NCBI GenBank assembly: GCA_026770705.1 | Contig: JANJGN010000151.1 | Coordinates: forward strand, 124,001-188,000 | Length of the DNA: 64,000 nt | Direction of reading: 5' to 3' | Source of the DNA: Isurus oxyrinchus | Lineage: Eukaryota | Shown: positions 22,901 through 36,756 of the stretch, one piece after another | Layout of the letters: each line of letters starts with the position of its first letter | Position numbering within the stretch: the first letter of the stretch is position 1 | Program-made: the position numbers and the translations under genes | The notes under the pieces: model-generated | What the model was told of the DNA's origin: nothing | Databases searched by the model: none | The model's input: only the letters and a program-made list of their open reading frames with translations

Positions 22901-24812
22901 TAATCTTTGACTCTTTGTCAGACAATATCTATTTAACACAGCTTTACTAATATTCAATAACCCTGTCTCCACCACTCGCTGGGGAAGAGGCTACCCAGAC
23001 TCTCGAACTTCTGAGCGACAAACATTCTCCTCATCTTAAATTGGAGATCCCTTATTTTTCAACTCTGTCCCCTAGTTCTCGTCTCCCTCATAAGGGGGAA
23101 CATATTTTCCACATCCACCCTGTGGATATAAGACATAGATTGCACGTCTGTGGGAAGCCCATCATTATTAATGTTTACTAATGCATGCCCCTAATTATAT
23201 TGAACTAAACGCTATCTCATTTATTACTACAGACGGATATACCTTTGTTTAATTTACACACGATCATGCTTCCATTGCTATTGTCCTTGAGCACGGTTCC
23301 ATTTACATAACGGAAGTCCGGGCCTCAGTTATCAATGCAGTGCACCGGGCCTTTGTTCATATTACAGTATTAATCAACTACACATTGCCTCCATCGCATT
23401 AAAGCACATCTCCTTTTATCAAATTAAATACTACCCCAGTGATTACGTCATGACACCTTTTATCTTTATTCATATTACGTTTGAAACTGTTTTACTTTCT
23501 ATCACACCAGACCTTCCCTGTCGCTTCTTATATTACACTGGACCATGCTAACATACACACTAGAAGCAGGGATAGGCTACTCGGCCCCTCGAGTTCGTTC
23601 CACCATTCAATAAGGTCACGACTGATTTTATTGTAAGCTCGGCCTGAGATTCCCGCCAATCCCCGATAACCTCTCGCCCCCTGAGCCACTGTGAAGCACT
23701 TTTCGGTTGGCCTGAGGTCGCGAAAAGCGCAGTTTACACCCACAAAGCATCGGGTGAAGCCAATCGACAACTGCGTTTTGCCGGGTTTCTGAAAGAACTA
23801 TTCATTTAGCAGGAGATGCGCCTCCACTCGGCGAACTAGGCGATGGCCTCGGACTACAATGTTTGGAGGGACGGGAGCGGGAGCAAAAAAAAAAACTGCC
23901 GGATATTTAAAAAGGAGCTGGAAGCCGACCGTGTTTGTGTTGATGAGTAAATTGCAAATTTGTTTCTACTTTCCAACAGATGCCGTTATTCATACTGAAA
24001 GGAAGGGATTGTGTCCATTACTCTAGCTGCATTTTCCTTTAGAAATAGTAGATAACTGGCAGTTCGTTACACTCCCCCGTTTTTTCATTATGTCCTCCTT
24101 TCCAACATTTATCCAATTCCCATTTGGAATTTATTGTTTAATCTGGATCCAGCTTCCTTTCGGGTAGCACATTCAGGATCAAAACTCAAAAATGAATTCT
24201 CATGTTATCAAATACTTTATTTTGAGTGTAAGGACTAAACGTGGAGATCGAGCCTCTGCGGTGTGGAGTTGTTGCTGAGAAAGAATGAATGAAAGGAAGA
24301 AAAAGAATCAGGTATTTCCATAGCGCCGTTCCCGGCCTCCGGGCGCCCAAAGGGCTTTACAGCCAATTAGAAACTTTCCTGTTGTAATGCAGGAAACGCG
24401 GCAGCAAAAGGTGGGCAGAGCAAGATTCCACAAAAAGTAATGAGATAAATGAGCACAAAACCGTCTTCAATGGTGTTAAATGAAGGATAAATAATGGTCA
24501 AGCACACTGGGGAGAATGTTTTGCTGTTTTGTTAAATTTTTGAATAGAGACAGTGAGATATTTTGCAATCCACCTGAAAGCGTAGCCAGAGGCCATCGTT
24601 CAGCGTCTCATCCAGAAAGTCAGCACATTCAATCGCTCAGGATTCCTTCAGTGTAGACAGCTGCAGACCGTTGGCGCTGCACAATGAGTTTCATATACCT
24701 CGAATGTGGGAGCCTGAGCGGACGATTTATGGGTAAAGTGACAGAAAGGTCTATGCACGGAGACAGTCTGGTGGAAGAGAAACACCATGAAGGGGTTTTA
24801 TTATTTTTCACC

Positions 24813-25911
24813 AGTTAAGGATATGAACTTATCTGTCTGTCCGGCGTATTTTTCGGGCAGAGGCGGAGGAGAAGAAGCACAGAATTCCCTGGGAGTTTCA
24901 GCGCAACCTTGGAATGTCACAGTTTGCGTATAAACAGCTCAGTGATCGGCAGTTGGGAGCATTGCAGTCATCATCAAGGCGCCTGAGTGGTAGTGGTGAC
25001 TCACAAACACGGCCACGGGACCTGGGCATGGGTATAGGTGGTGGGGAAAAAGAACCCCAGGTGACTGTGTGGGCCTAGCAGCAAGGAAGAGGCACCAGGC
25101 AGCAAACAGTCTGCTGTTAGATGGCTCTGTATAGATGGGGCTCAGGAGAAGTTACAGGTCCCGTAGTCGTGTTTGTGAGTCACCACCAGCACTCAGGCGC
25201 CTTGGTGAATTCAAGGGAATTCAGACGCGTGCACTTAGGGTTCAGAAGCCACGTGGACCAGAGAAAGGCAGAAGGTGGCAGTCTCCATGCTGCTGACAGG
25301 GTTAGGGCTCTGCGGAAGCTGTTAGAGTCACTGATAGCTTGGTGCAGCTGGGGAGATTGGAGATCAGTAAAATGCCTGGGCAGCGGTAGCAGTGAAGCTA
25401 GCTGTCCATTAAAGAGCTGAAATTGTGCCAATGATTAGAGATTGATGTGTTATGTCGGGATACAAGGTTAAACCACTGGGAGGTGAACCGCACTGAGACA
25501 AGCCAAGTCAGAGCAATTTTCAAGGGAATTCAGACGCTTGTTCTTTGAAACTGAAGAGAGGAACCCCTCGTGAGGGAGGCAGAAACTATGTGACTCACTG
25601 TGCTCATGGACTTCTAGGTGGGTTGCTGAGAAATCCGTGGGGTCTGTCTTGGTCGCTTCTGCCTTTTAATATGCAAAGTGGTGTGTTCGACCACAGTTGC
25701 TCGCTATTTAATATTTACTTCATGTTAGTTCTAAATGTTAGCGTATCAGATTGGTAATGCAAATTGTTCTACTTTGCTACCTGTACATGGTAACGTTTAT
25801 TTCGCTTGTTCAAAACCGTGAAATATTGTGACTGTATTTTTTAAGCAACTGGGCTTTCAAACTTTGTCTACTTTAAACAAAACATCACTGGCCCCTAACT
25901 GCTTGATAACA
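24813..25911 (+). mobile_element. Solo LTR of about 1.1 kb, probably Gypsy-type
   Basis: Termini (A)GTTA...TAACA flanked by the 4-bp TSD CACC (24809-24812 and 25912-25915); removing it restores the GPCR stop codon. Confidence 0.7.
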
Positions 25912-28626
25912 CACCATTCGAAGCAAAAGGCGAGGGTCGCAAAGGGGCAATTCAGCACCTCCTTCAGCTCATCCCTGAACTTAGTCTGGGCTACTGCATA
26001 GATGAAGATGTTATTGCAGGAACTGAATAACTGCAGCATGTTGGTTGTCTCTTGAAGCATGAAGTGTGGGTCATTGAAATCCAGACCAGTGAAGTAGGCG
26101 TCACCCGTAATCCGCACGAAGAGGAAATGTCCGACATAGGTGACCCACAGGAGGAGGAAGCTGAGGGAGATAGTGAAGAGCAGGACAATGGACCTCTTGC
26201 GGTTGGTGATCTCTGGGTCTCCGTGACTCTCGGCGCCCCGGAGCCTCCTGCGGGCTCTGCTGGCTGCTAAGATGTGCCTTACGGTCAGGGCATTGAGCAG
26301 CAGAATGAGGATGAAAGGGAGGAAAGGAGTCAAGATGTGATCTAGCCAGTCGTAGGCCTGCCAGGCGGGCAATAGGTAGTAGCTGGACTTAATGTCGCAG
26401 AACCAGGACACCCCATCCAGACTATACAAGGGCTGATAGGTGAAGTAGAAAGGGACGTTCTTGGCGCAGCTCAGGACACTGACCAATCCTATAACCAGCA
26501 CCGCACTTTTCTCAGTGCAGTATCTGGCCTTCAGGCTCTGACAGCAGATGGCCACAAAACGGTCGAAGGTGAAGGCGACAGTCAGCCAGACTGAGCCATC
26601 CCGGGTGGCATAGACAAACACAGTGCTGACAGCGCACCCCGGGGTGGTAGATAGGACACTATACTTAAAGTAAATGCCACCAATCCGGTTGAGGATAACG
26701 GCAGCGATCATGACAAGGAAATCAGTCACTGCTATCGCCACCAGGTAGTAGGTGATGCATCTGGAGAGTCCGCACCGTCCTCGGGAGAGGATTATGATCG
26801 CCACCAAGTTGGCTGCAAGAAATGGAAAGAGAGAGATGTAACCGAGTGAACTCCAGACACGAGCTACTGCCTCATCGAATCTGGTTCTAAAACTCTCTTG
26901 ATCAGCCCCTTCACCACCTCCAAACTCCAATTATTCCAACTCAGTTGCTAACTGTTCGACATCCAATGTTGGATTGAACATTTGTCAACATAAAGGACAT
27001 TAAAATCAGTTCTCGCCACAAAGTCCGCCCTCTGGCCACTGATCCCATTCCCGTGGCTCACTATCTTATGAGGTTCGACGGTCTTTACAACGGTTATCTC
27101 TTGTTTGACCGTGAGATAAATTTCCAAACGCCCACATCCCCATGTCTATCATAAACACCGGGACTGCATCCTTCAACCTTTCTAATACAGCCCATAATAT
27201 CGCCTGTCTCTAACCCTGCCTTAGCTTAACCGCTGTTAAAACCGTATCCAAGCCTTTCTTATAACTAGCCTCATGACCATTGGAAGTCTTTTGAGCGGTA
27301 TATAACTTCGCATCGTTATTGAACTTCAACTCATTCAAAAAAGAAATTGCTCCCCATACCCTTACCCACACCAAGTCCCGTTGATCAATCACCACTTTGC
27401 TCACTAAGCTACACTGGACCCTTGTCCGTTAAAGCCTCAATTTCAATATTCTCTTCCTGATTTTCAAACCGATCTTTAGCGTCGCCACTCCAGATCCCGG
27501 TAAAATCCTGCAGCCTTAAAACAATCTGAGATCACAGCGTACATCCAACTCTGCTCCCATGAGCATCCCTGATATTAACCGCTCCATCACTAAAATTTAT
27601 TCTTTCATCTTCTGAGATAAAGAATTCCGAACCCACCCTCCGTCTCTCTTTACTTATTTTTCAATTGTTTTTAAAAACGTACTTCGTTGATCAAACGTTT
27701 TGACATCTGATTCATATATCTTTGTGCGATTCCTTATCAAATTTGTTTGCCAAGAATTCTGTGAAACATTTACACCATTCGTCCTGCAGAGACTCAAGAA
27801 AAAAAAGTGCAACTCATATTCCTCAAATGGAAAGGAGGGATGGGCAATAAATGCTGACCCTCCCAGTGCCAGCCACGTGCCATTATTCAATAAAAAACAT
27901 AATTATCCAAAATAAAGTCCAAATGCACAAAACCTAACACCACCCAACAAAATAGACAACTGGTTAAAAATCTTGCACCCCCATTCACCTCTGCCAAAAG
28001 TTTCCATTATTCATTCCTATGGCCACATTTACAAAAGGAATTGCCAAGTGGGAACACACAACTTTGTAACCAGAACATGCTTTCAGGCGCCGCCTTGGGA
28101 TTAGTGGAATCATTGAATGAATTGTAACATCACGATCCATCTTGAATAATGATTGCGCTTTAGATTCATTTTCAGTACTTTTATAAAATCAGTGCACGGG
28201 AATGCATTTTATGGCTCTAAGATACGCTATTGTTCCATCTAATACGAAAAACACCAGAATGCATTTTACTACATTAGAATATTTTCTATTGTTCAACAAT
28301 ATAACGTGCGTAAAATGTCATGCATTATAATTAACATTTCTGCAATCTAATAGATGGTTGTTGGCTAAGTTGGCCACCTAATTTATTGAACAACACAAAT
28401 GCAAGTAATGCACTATAATACACCATAATCCAGTAAGTCCTCTATACTTACACAGTGCCGAGTATTACGAAAGTTCAGCGCGATCCAGAAAGAGAAGGGA
28501 CAGCATTTTGGGGATTTACAAAAAAATAAATAATTTATTTGGGATTCATAACTCACCCGGGACACCAATAAAAGCGAGAACGGGGTAGTAAACGGCATAG
28601 AATGCTCCATTCGCTGGCCCGTGCAT
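25857..28626 (-). CDS. Two-exon class A orphan GPCR, GPR139/GPR142-like, 341 aa (exon 1 28626-28557, exon 2 26812-25857)
   Basis: Exon 1 MHGPANGAFYAVYYPVLAFIGVP G|gtgagt joins cag|CC in phase to give ANLVAIIILSRGRCGLS; seven hydrophobic segments, TFDRF and NIFIY motifs; 1026-nt open frame. Confidence 0.9.
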
Positions 28627-29432
28627 CGTCTTTCAGAAACCAAAAAGATTCTGAATGATGCATATCTTAACTCTGCGAAGCTTTCAAAGGGTCCCTCATT
28701 TATACCAGTTGACAGTCTCCAGAGAGGTAATTAAGCTACAACATACACTTTAGTTACAGGTCGGTGAACAAACAGCTGAAGCGATAGATTCATGACTTTT
28801 ATTTCTAACATTGGTAAGGTAGGTAAATCCATTGCAGCTCCTTGTTTAATCTGAAAGACCAAGTGAGATCCCAGTGGATAAATATGAGTACTATGCTTTT
28901 TTGGAGAAAAATATACTTTATTCATAAAATACCTGAAAGAACATTCCAAAACATTTCAAAGTGGTCATCACAAAAGTTGCAATCATATTCAATTTCCACA
29001 TAGGACATGAGGTCCTTCAATACAATCAATGAACATTACAGGCATTTCAAAATGGTCATTACAGACAGTCAGAAAGTGCAAAGCTATTCAAGTTATCGAC
29101 ATAGATCATGTTGCACTCTGAGCAGCTTCAATACAATTGTGATACATTTAGTGATCACAATGCTTGTTGATACAGAGAGAGTCCAGCAAAGTTGTCTCAC
29201 TGCATTAACAGTGACCCTCGCGGACTTGAGCTGTGAGCACACATCCTGGTTCGAGGGGAGTTAGTGAGGAATGGAAATCAATGCAGAAATAAAACCGGAA
29301 AACCACTGTCTTCGAAGCTGGAAGCTGTGTAAGAGCTGTGATTCGTTTAATACATGGAAAAGTGTGCGGGAGATCTCGTGATCTTCGGGAGTGTCATCAG
29401 TCTGATCTCTGGAACACAATGCTTCAGAAAAT

Positions 29433-30292
29433 AAAAAACAGAATGACCTGGAAAAACTCAGCAGGTCTGGCAGCATCAGCGGAGGAGAAAAGATTTGACA
29501 TTTCGAATCCTTATGAATCTTCCACACAACTGAGTGCATATAAGGAGAGGGTTGAAATATAAGCTGGTTTAAGGTGGGGGAGGGGGGTATGGGGGGGCGG
29601 GGAGAGAAGTGGTGGGGTGGTGGTGTGGTTGTAGGGACAAGCAAACAGTAATAGGAGCAGGTAATCAAAAGATGTCACCGACAAAAGAACAAAAGAACAC
29701 AGAGGTGTTGAAGGTAGTGATATTATCTAAACGAATGTGCTAATTAAGAATGGATGGTAGGTCACTCAAGGTACAGCTCTAATGGGGGTGGGGTGGAAAG
29801 AGTAGCAGGGCATAAAATATTTAAAAATAATGGAAATAGGTGGGAAAAGATAAATCCACATAAATTATTGGAAAAAACAAAAGGAAGTGGGAAAAACTGA
29901 AAGGGGGGTGAGGATGGAGGAGGGAGTTCAAGATCTAAAGTTGTTGAATTCAATATTCAGTCCAGAAGGCTGTAAAGTGCCTCGTCGGAAGATGAGGTGC
30001 TGTTCCTCCAGGTTGCATTGGGCTTCACTGGAACAATGCAGCAAGCCAAGGACAGACATGTGGGCAAGAGAGCAGGGTGGAGTGTTAAAATGACAAGCGA
30101 CAGGAGGTTTGGGTAATTCTTGCGGGCAGACCACAGGTGTCCTGCAAAGCGGCCACCCAGTTTACTTTTGTAAATGTAGAAGAGACCGCATTGGAAGCAA
30201 CGAATGCAGTAGAGTAAGTTGGGGGAAATGCAAGTGAAATGCTGCTTCACTTGAAAGGAATACTTGGGCCCTTGGACGGTGAGGAGAGAGGA
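29433..30292 (-). mobile_element. Penelope-like 3' fragment, inverted arm of a composite insertion
   Basis: Reverse complement of about 31370-32240; encodes the GIY-YIG C-terminus. Confidence 0.9.
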
Positions 30293-32273
30293 AGTTATTC
30301 CTCTGACATCTTACATCACATCAACAATTTCCAGTTCCCTGGCCACAGCCGCTTCCTCTTCACCATGGACGTCCATTCCCTCTACACCTCATCCCCCACC
30401 AGGATGTTTTCAGGGCCCTTAGCTTCTACCTCGAACAGTGGCCCGAACAATCCCTATCCACCACTACTCTCCTCCGTCTGGCTGAACTTTTTCCCACACT
30501 GAACAATCTCTCCTTGAACTCCTCTCACTTCCTCCAAATAAATGGTGTGGCTATGGGTACCCGCATGGGCCCCAGCTATGTCTGTCTCTTTATGGGGTAT
30601 GTGGAACATTCCTTGTTCCAGTCCTATTCCGGCCCCGTTCCACATCTCTTTCGCCGGTACATTGATGATTACCTCGGTGCTGCTTCGTGCTCTCGTCGGG
30701 ACTTGGAAAAGTTTCTTACTTTTGCTTTCAATCTCCACCCCTCCATCATTTTCACATGGTCCATCTCTGAAACCTCCCTTCCCTTCCTTGACCTCTCTGT
30801 CTCAATCTCTGGTGATAGACTGTCCACCAATATCCATTACAAGCCTACAGACTCCAAAAGCAACCTCGACTACAGCTCCTTGCACCCCGCTTCCTGTAAG
30901 GACTCCATCCCATTCTCTCAGTTCCTTCGCCTCCGTCACATCTGTTCTCATGATGCTACCCGCAAAAACAGTTCCTCTGACATGTCCTCCTTCTTTCTTA
31001 ACCGAGGTTTTCCACCAACGATCATTGACATGGCCCTCAACCGTGTCTGGCCTATCTCCTGCGCATCCGCCCTCACGCTTTCTCCTCCCTCCCAGAAACA
31101 TGATAGGGTCTCCCTTGTCCTCACTTATCACCCCACCAGCCTCCGCATTCAAAGCATCATCAATCGCCATTTCTGCCAACTCCAGCATGATGCCACCACC
31201 AAACACATCTCCCCTTCACACCCCCACACCCCCACTCCACCCCCCGGCGGCATTCCGTAGGAATTGTTCCCTCCTGGACACCCTTGTCCACTCCTCCATC
31301 ACCCCCTACTCCTCAACCTCTACCTATGGCACCTCCCCATGCCCACTCAAAAGATGCAACACCTGCCCCTTCACTTCCTCTCTCCTCGCCATCCATGGGC
31401 CCAAACATTCCTTTCAAGTGAAGCAGCATTTCACTTGCATTTCCCCCAACTTAGTCTACTGCATTCGTTGCTCCCAATGCGGTCTCCTCTACATTGGAGA
31501 GACCAAACGTAAAATGGGCGACTGCTTTGCAGAACTCCTGTGGTCTGTCTGCAAGAATTACCCAAACCTCCTTGTCGCTTGCCATTTTAACACTCCACCC
31601 TGCTCTCTTGCCCACATGTCTGTCCTTGGCTTGCTGCATTGTTCCAGTGAAGCCCAACGCAAACTGGAGCCACAGCAGCTCATCTTCCGACGAGGCAGTT
31701 TACAGCCTTCTGGACTGAATATTGAATTCAACAACTTTAGATCTTGAACTCCCTCCTTCATCCCCACCCCCTTTCAGTTTCTTCCCACTTCCTTTTGTTT
31801 TTTCCAATAATGTATATAGTTTTTTTCTTTTCCCACCTATTTCCATTATTTTTTCATCTTTTACGCCCTGCTACTATTTCCACCCCACCCCAAATAGAGC
31901 TGTACCTTGAGTGCCTAACCATCCATTCTTAATTAGCACATTCGTTTAGATAATATCACTACCTTCAACACCTCTGTGTTCTTTTGTTCTTTTGTCTGTG
32001 ACATCTTTTGATTATCTGCTCCTATCACAGCTTGCTTGTCCCTACAACCCCACTGCCGACACCCCCCCCACAACCACATCTCCCCTTCAGCCCCCACCCT
32101 AGACCAGCTTATATTTCACCCCTCTCCTTATATTCACTCAGTTGTGTGGAAGGGTTATGAGAACTTGAAACGTCAATACTTTTCTTCTCCGTCGATGCTG
32201 ATAGACCTGCTGAGTTTTTCCAGGTAATTCTGTTTTTGTTTTCGATTTCCAGCATCCACAGTTTTTTGTTTTT
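30293..32273 (+). mobile_element. Penelope-like element, forward arm (RT and GIY-YIG, frameshifted)
   Basis: GVAMGTRMGPSY, FRRYIDD and LLYIGET motifs; TSD atgcttcaga(a/g)aat at 29419-29432 and 32274-32287. Confidence 0.92.
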
Positions 32274-33433
32274 ATGCTTCAGAGAATGTTTGATATTGTG
32301 AAATGCGAATTGTAAATCTAACCAATTTGGAACTGTATTGAAGTGGCTCAGAGTGCCACACACACACTGCACTGAAGGAGAGTGAACTGCACTGCACTTT
32401 ATGTCCTGCAATCAATGCATTTTCAGATATTCCATGAATAAAGTGTATTCTTTGGGAAGCTAAGTGCAGAGTTTCCAGCCTTATTGCCGCATGGTACAGG
32501 AGTTGATGTTTATCTCAATGTGTGCGTGTGTGTACAACCAAAGAACACTGAGTCCTGCATCATGCAGCCCACTCGGGCTGAAAGACAGGAGCCACTGCAT
32601 GTCTGTCCAGATCAGCCTCGCTAAGGCACCAAGCAGCATTTCACCTGTCTCCATTTTCCATCATATCACAGACCAAACGCACTTTAATTCTTTGCCTCCC
32701 CCTCCCACACCTTCATGTGTTAAAGGATTTCAATATCTCTGAATGTTTTAAACGCCTGGACCATTGACTGCTCAGCACTAAGTTCACTGCCATGAATCAT
32801 GCAGCCTGGCCCCGGTGTCATTGGCACCGGTAAGGTCTGAAGCGCAAAGACCTGGACTGAATCATAGTTTTCCAGTGGACACAAGAGATGGTCCTGTAAA
32901 GCTGAACGGAAATAGTCAATGCAGTGAGCAACAGACACAGCGGGGAGAAAGTGTTGAAGTTTGAACTTGACGGAATGTTAGTATAAAGCAGCAGATGATG
33001 GAACCGTCTAACTACTTCAGTCCGGCATAAAATGAGCTACAGAAAGAATGACTGATCCCCAACTGATCCCTCCTTTAGTTCCAAGTTGCAGATTCTCAGC
33101 TCCATAGTTCCTGAGTTGTGAGACTGATGAGGAGGGTGGGGGAAGAAAGAGAGAGTGGGGGGAGACAACCCTGCACTGAACCATTTACCTGCTGTTTTCC
33201 AACCCCCCAGTCAAACAAATATTTCGGTTGTTCTGTGCCACACCTGGGGTTGGTGTGCCTCAGGTGGAGGTAGCTGAAAGCTGGTTGGATGGCGGGAGGG
33301 GGGGGGGGACGGGAGGGGGTTATAATTTGGGAGATGCAAAAAGCTTGACTGACAGGCATGGAAGGTATAAGAGGTTTGGAGAATCAATGTGTCTTTTTCT
33401 AGACCACGCGGCTTTGGGTGAGCATTAATGCCT

Positions 33434-33584
33434 NNNNNNNNNNNNNNNNNNNNNNNNNNNNNNNNNNNNNNNNNNNNNNNNNNNNNNNNNNNNNNNNNNN
33501 NNNNNNNNNNNNNNNNNNNNNNNNNNNNNNNNNNNNNNNNNNNNNNNNNNNNNNNNNNNNNNNNNNNNNNNNNNNNNNNNNNNN
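33434..33584. other. Assembly gap (151 N)
   Basis: Run of N. Confidence 1.
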
Positions 33585-33699
33585 AACCTCCCCCCACCCA
33601 GCCCAAACCCCGTTGCCCAGGGTCTCTCTCCTCGCCATGGGAAGGGAGGCGGAAGGAGTGTGAGAGTCCGTCAAGGGAATACAGAACAATTGGGATGGT

Positions 33700-34240
33700 G
33701 AGTACGAAACTCTCTAATTTCTCTCCTAATCTTTCTTTGCCTAACTTCCTGTGTCTGATTTTCCATCTCCTCCCTCTCTGTGCCCAGCTCTCTCATTCTC
33801 TTTTTTACATCCTTTTCCCCTCTCTCTCTGATTCTCCATACCCTTCTCTCTTTCTCTCTCTTTGTGTATGATTCCCTATATCAGCCCTCTCTTTTCATCG
33901 CATCCTTTTCTCTTTGTCTCTCCATCCCTGCCCCCACCCCGACCTCTCTATCGCCTTAAATTTGTATGTTTCCTGCCGTCTCTTTCTCTTCCCCCTTTTT
34001 CTCCTCTCTTTCGAATTTCCTCACCGTGACTGTATGAGCCTCTATCTAGTTTTCTCTTTATCTCGCTCTTTTTCTCTATCGCTCTTTCTCTATCTTGCTT
34101 TCTCTCTATATATGCCTTTCACTTTTTTCTCTATCTCTCCTTTACTCTCTTTTTTTTACCCGTTTCTCTTTCTCTCTTTCTTTCTGACATTTCCCTCTGG
34201 CTCCCTCTAGCTCTCTATCTTATCTATCTTTCTCCTTCGT
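33700..34240. repeat. CT-rich low-complexity tract
   Basis: Pyrimidine-rich (CT)n-like sequence. Confidence 0.85.
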
Positions 34241-35894
34241 GTATTTATATAGCGCATTTCAGAAGGACACAATATCCCAAAGATCCTCACAGCCAATCAA
34301 CTGTTGTAATATATGATACTTGGCGGTGAATACACAAACAACAAGATTCCACACACAGCAAAGTCATAACGGCCAGGTGATTTCTTCTTAGGCGTGTTGC
34401 AAAAGAACTTAAGAATTAAGAAGATAAGTAATAGGAGCACGAGCAGCCATTTGGCGCTTAAGTCTGCTCGGCCAGTCAGTTAGATGGTTGATCTGACTGT
34501 GTTTTAACTCCACTCTCCTACATGTCAGCCATAACAGGAGATTATCTGGTGGATCAAAAATCTGTTTCACTCAGCCTTGAACATATTTACATGAAGCCTT
34601 ATCCAATGTATTCGAGTTTCCCAAAACAATTCTGGTGATTGGGCAATTTAGTGATAGGGTAAGACATTTGAATTAACTTGTGAAGAAACCACTTATTGGA
34701 TTCAGATGCATTTCGTAACTTGCCTTACTCCTGTTTCTAGCACCGTTCGTTATATGCACTTAATTCTTGTTTAAATCTCTAATTTCCAGGATGCAGAGAA
34801 ATGCACTTTTTAATTTTAATTTAGCGTTTTCTTGAGGAGAATCTGCCACAGAGCGCTGTGTGCAATGTCCGGATCACGCAACAGACTCCATCCATTCCCG
34901 AGAGTGGAGCCCGCCCCTCCATGAGGGAATCACCTACATGTGTTGCATTGAACCATTGATGTTAATTGATTTAAAACGAATCTGTTCCCTGCTGGGAATT
35001 CCTGTAATGGAAAACAGGCGTGTTTTCATTGTGAAACTGAACATTTCAAGTGAAATTGTCGACCACACAAAGAGCTCATCAAGTCACCAAAACTGGACTA
35101 AAGTGTTTTAGACATAAAGAAGATGAACTAGAGAATTTTCCATAACTTTAATTAAAGGTAGTAGACTAAGAAGGAAGGGGAGAGGATGCAATGATGATTT
35201 TGAGATGTAATAATCATGTGTTGTAATGGCTCAGGAAGTTTTCTTCATCCTCCGGATGTGGGCGTTACTGGCCAGCCGACTTGATTTCCAATTTTATTTC
35301 TATTTTCCTCGCCAGTTGGTTTTGTTTTGCGTTTCTGATGTGCCCTTATTCCATTTTCTTTGCTTTTTGAATCCTACTTTTCAGAAACCTGCCATTCACA
35401 CATCCTGTGGACACATTTTCTGTTTCTTTACATGTCCAGTTACTGCACGTTTGGTCCTGAACCATGAACATTTTTCTTATTTAATCTCTTCTCCCTGCAC
35501 CCCATCACAGTTCGTTCGTCCCTTCTGTTCTTCTCTCCCTGCCCTTCATTTCCAAGTAAAAGCGTCCTAGTTCTGATGAAAGGTCACTGTCCCAGAACAT
35601 TAAATATATTGTTGTTATTCTCAGATTCTGCCCGACCTACTGAGTATTTCCTTCCCCTTTTCTTTATATTTGTGTCCCATCTCTGTTTGCCCTGCTACAA
35701 CGCACAACTTTCTCTCATTTGTCAAAGCTTTGAAGAGCCAATCACATTTCTCTGGGATTGGAGTCGTAATTCGAGGACAAATAATGAGGACAAATAATGA
35801 CACCTCATCACCGAGTCCTGCAGAATGAATTAATATCCACTTCCATTTATCCCATCAGGCTGGGATTATGTCTCAGTGCCAAATCTGCCCAATT

Positions 35895-36192
35895 TCAGTA
35901 CTTAATTGTCACCTCATCTCCTACAAATCACATTGATGTAACCGGCTCTTGTGAGATGGAGTCTGCACCCTGAATTTCTGCAGATATTTAGGTATAAAGA
36001 AAGTTAATATCTTATTTTATTGTCATTTTATGATAACTAGCAGCATAATGTAACAGATCACAATGAAGGTAGAGGGGAACATCATTAAATTAATGTCAAC
36101 GAGTCCTGCAAGAGGAGGATTGTCTAACTTATAGATTTACCGGGTAAGAGAGCTGCAGCTGTGAGAAATGAATAAAAAGCAAAAGCCAACAT
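35895..36192 (-). pseudogene. TCR V pseudogene (family D): intact leader, truncated V
   Basis: MLAFAFYSFLTAAALLP G|gtaaat (36192-36141); exon from 35977 EIQGADSISQEPVTSM*FVGDEVTIKY*. Confidence 0.85.
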
Positions 36193-36756
36193 CTTTGCCC
36201 CGAATTGGTAGTGGGTTGAAACAGAACGGACTGAATCTGTAATTGAGCACTTAAAGATATTCATTTATATCCGGTCTCCCCAGCGATTCGTCCATTCCTT
36301 AAAGAGTCATCAAGTGACGTCCAATCAGCTCCACGAGCCTTTGTCCTCCAATTCATCCAATCAGCTCACAGGTCCATTGCTCTCCAGTTAGTTGCGTCAG
36401 AGAGGAGTGCAACGGATCAGTGAAGTTATTATTCCTCCAGCGGGGATCGAGATGAGGATTCAACTAAACGTTGGCCCTTTCATAGGGCTCAGTGTGTGAG
36501 GAGTTGGCAATGAAGGGAAATGATTAATGTTGTCCTTGTATGAATGCCGCAGGCTGCATTAAAGGTGCTGCTTACTGACCATGGGAAACACCCACAGCTG
36601 ATATTAAGAGGAAGGCTCCAGAGAATGACACAGGGCCTGCAACTTAGCAATGTGCCATTCAGCCATACTAGTCTTTAATTTGGTTTCGGTTCTATTACCA
36701 GTTAACAATCCAGGCCACAGAATTGATTCTGAGACGGTAGATGAGGGGGCATTCTC

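Noticed and set aside
26813-26930. ORF-track N-terminus of the GPCR (MEFGGG..)
   Set aside because: Intron read-through with no ATG start; the real exon 1 is at 28626-28557
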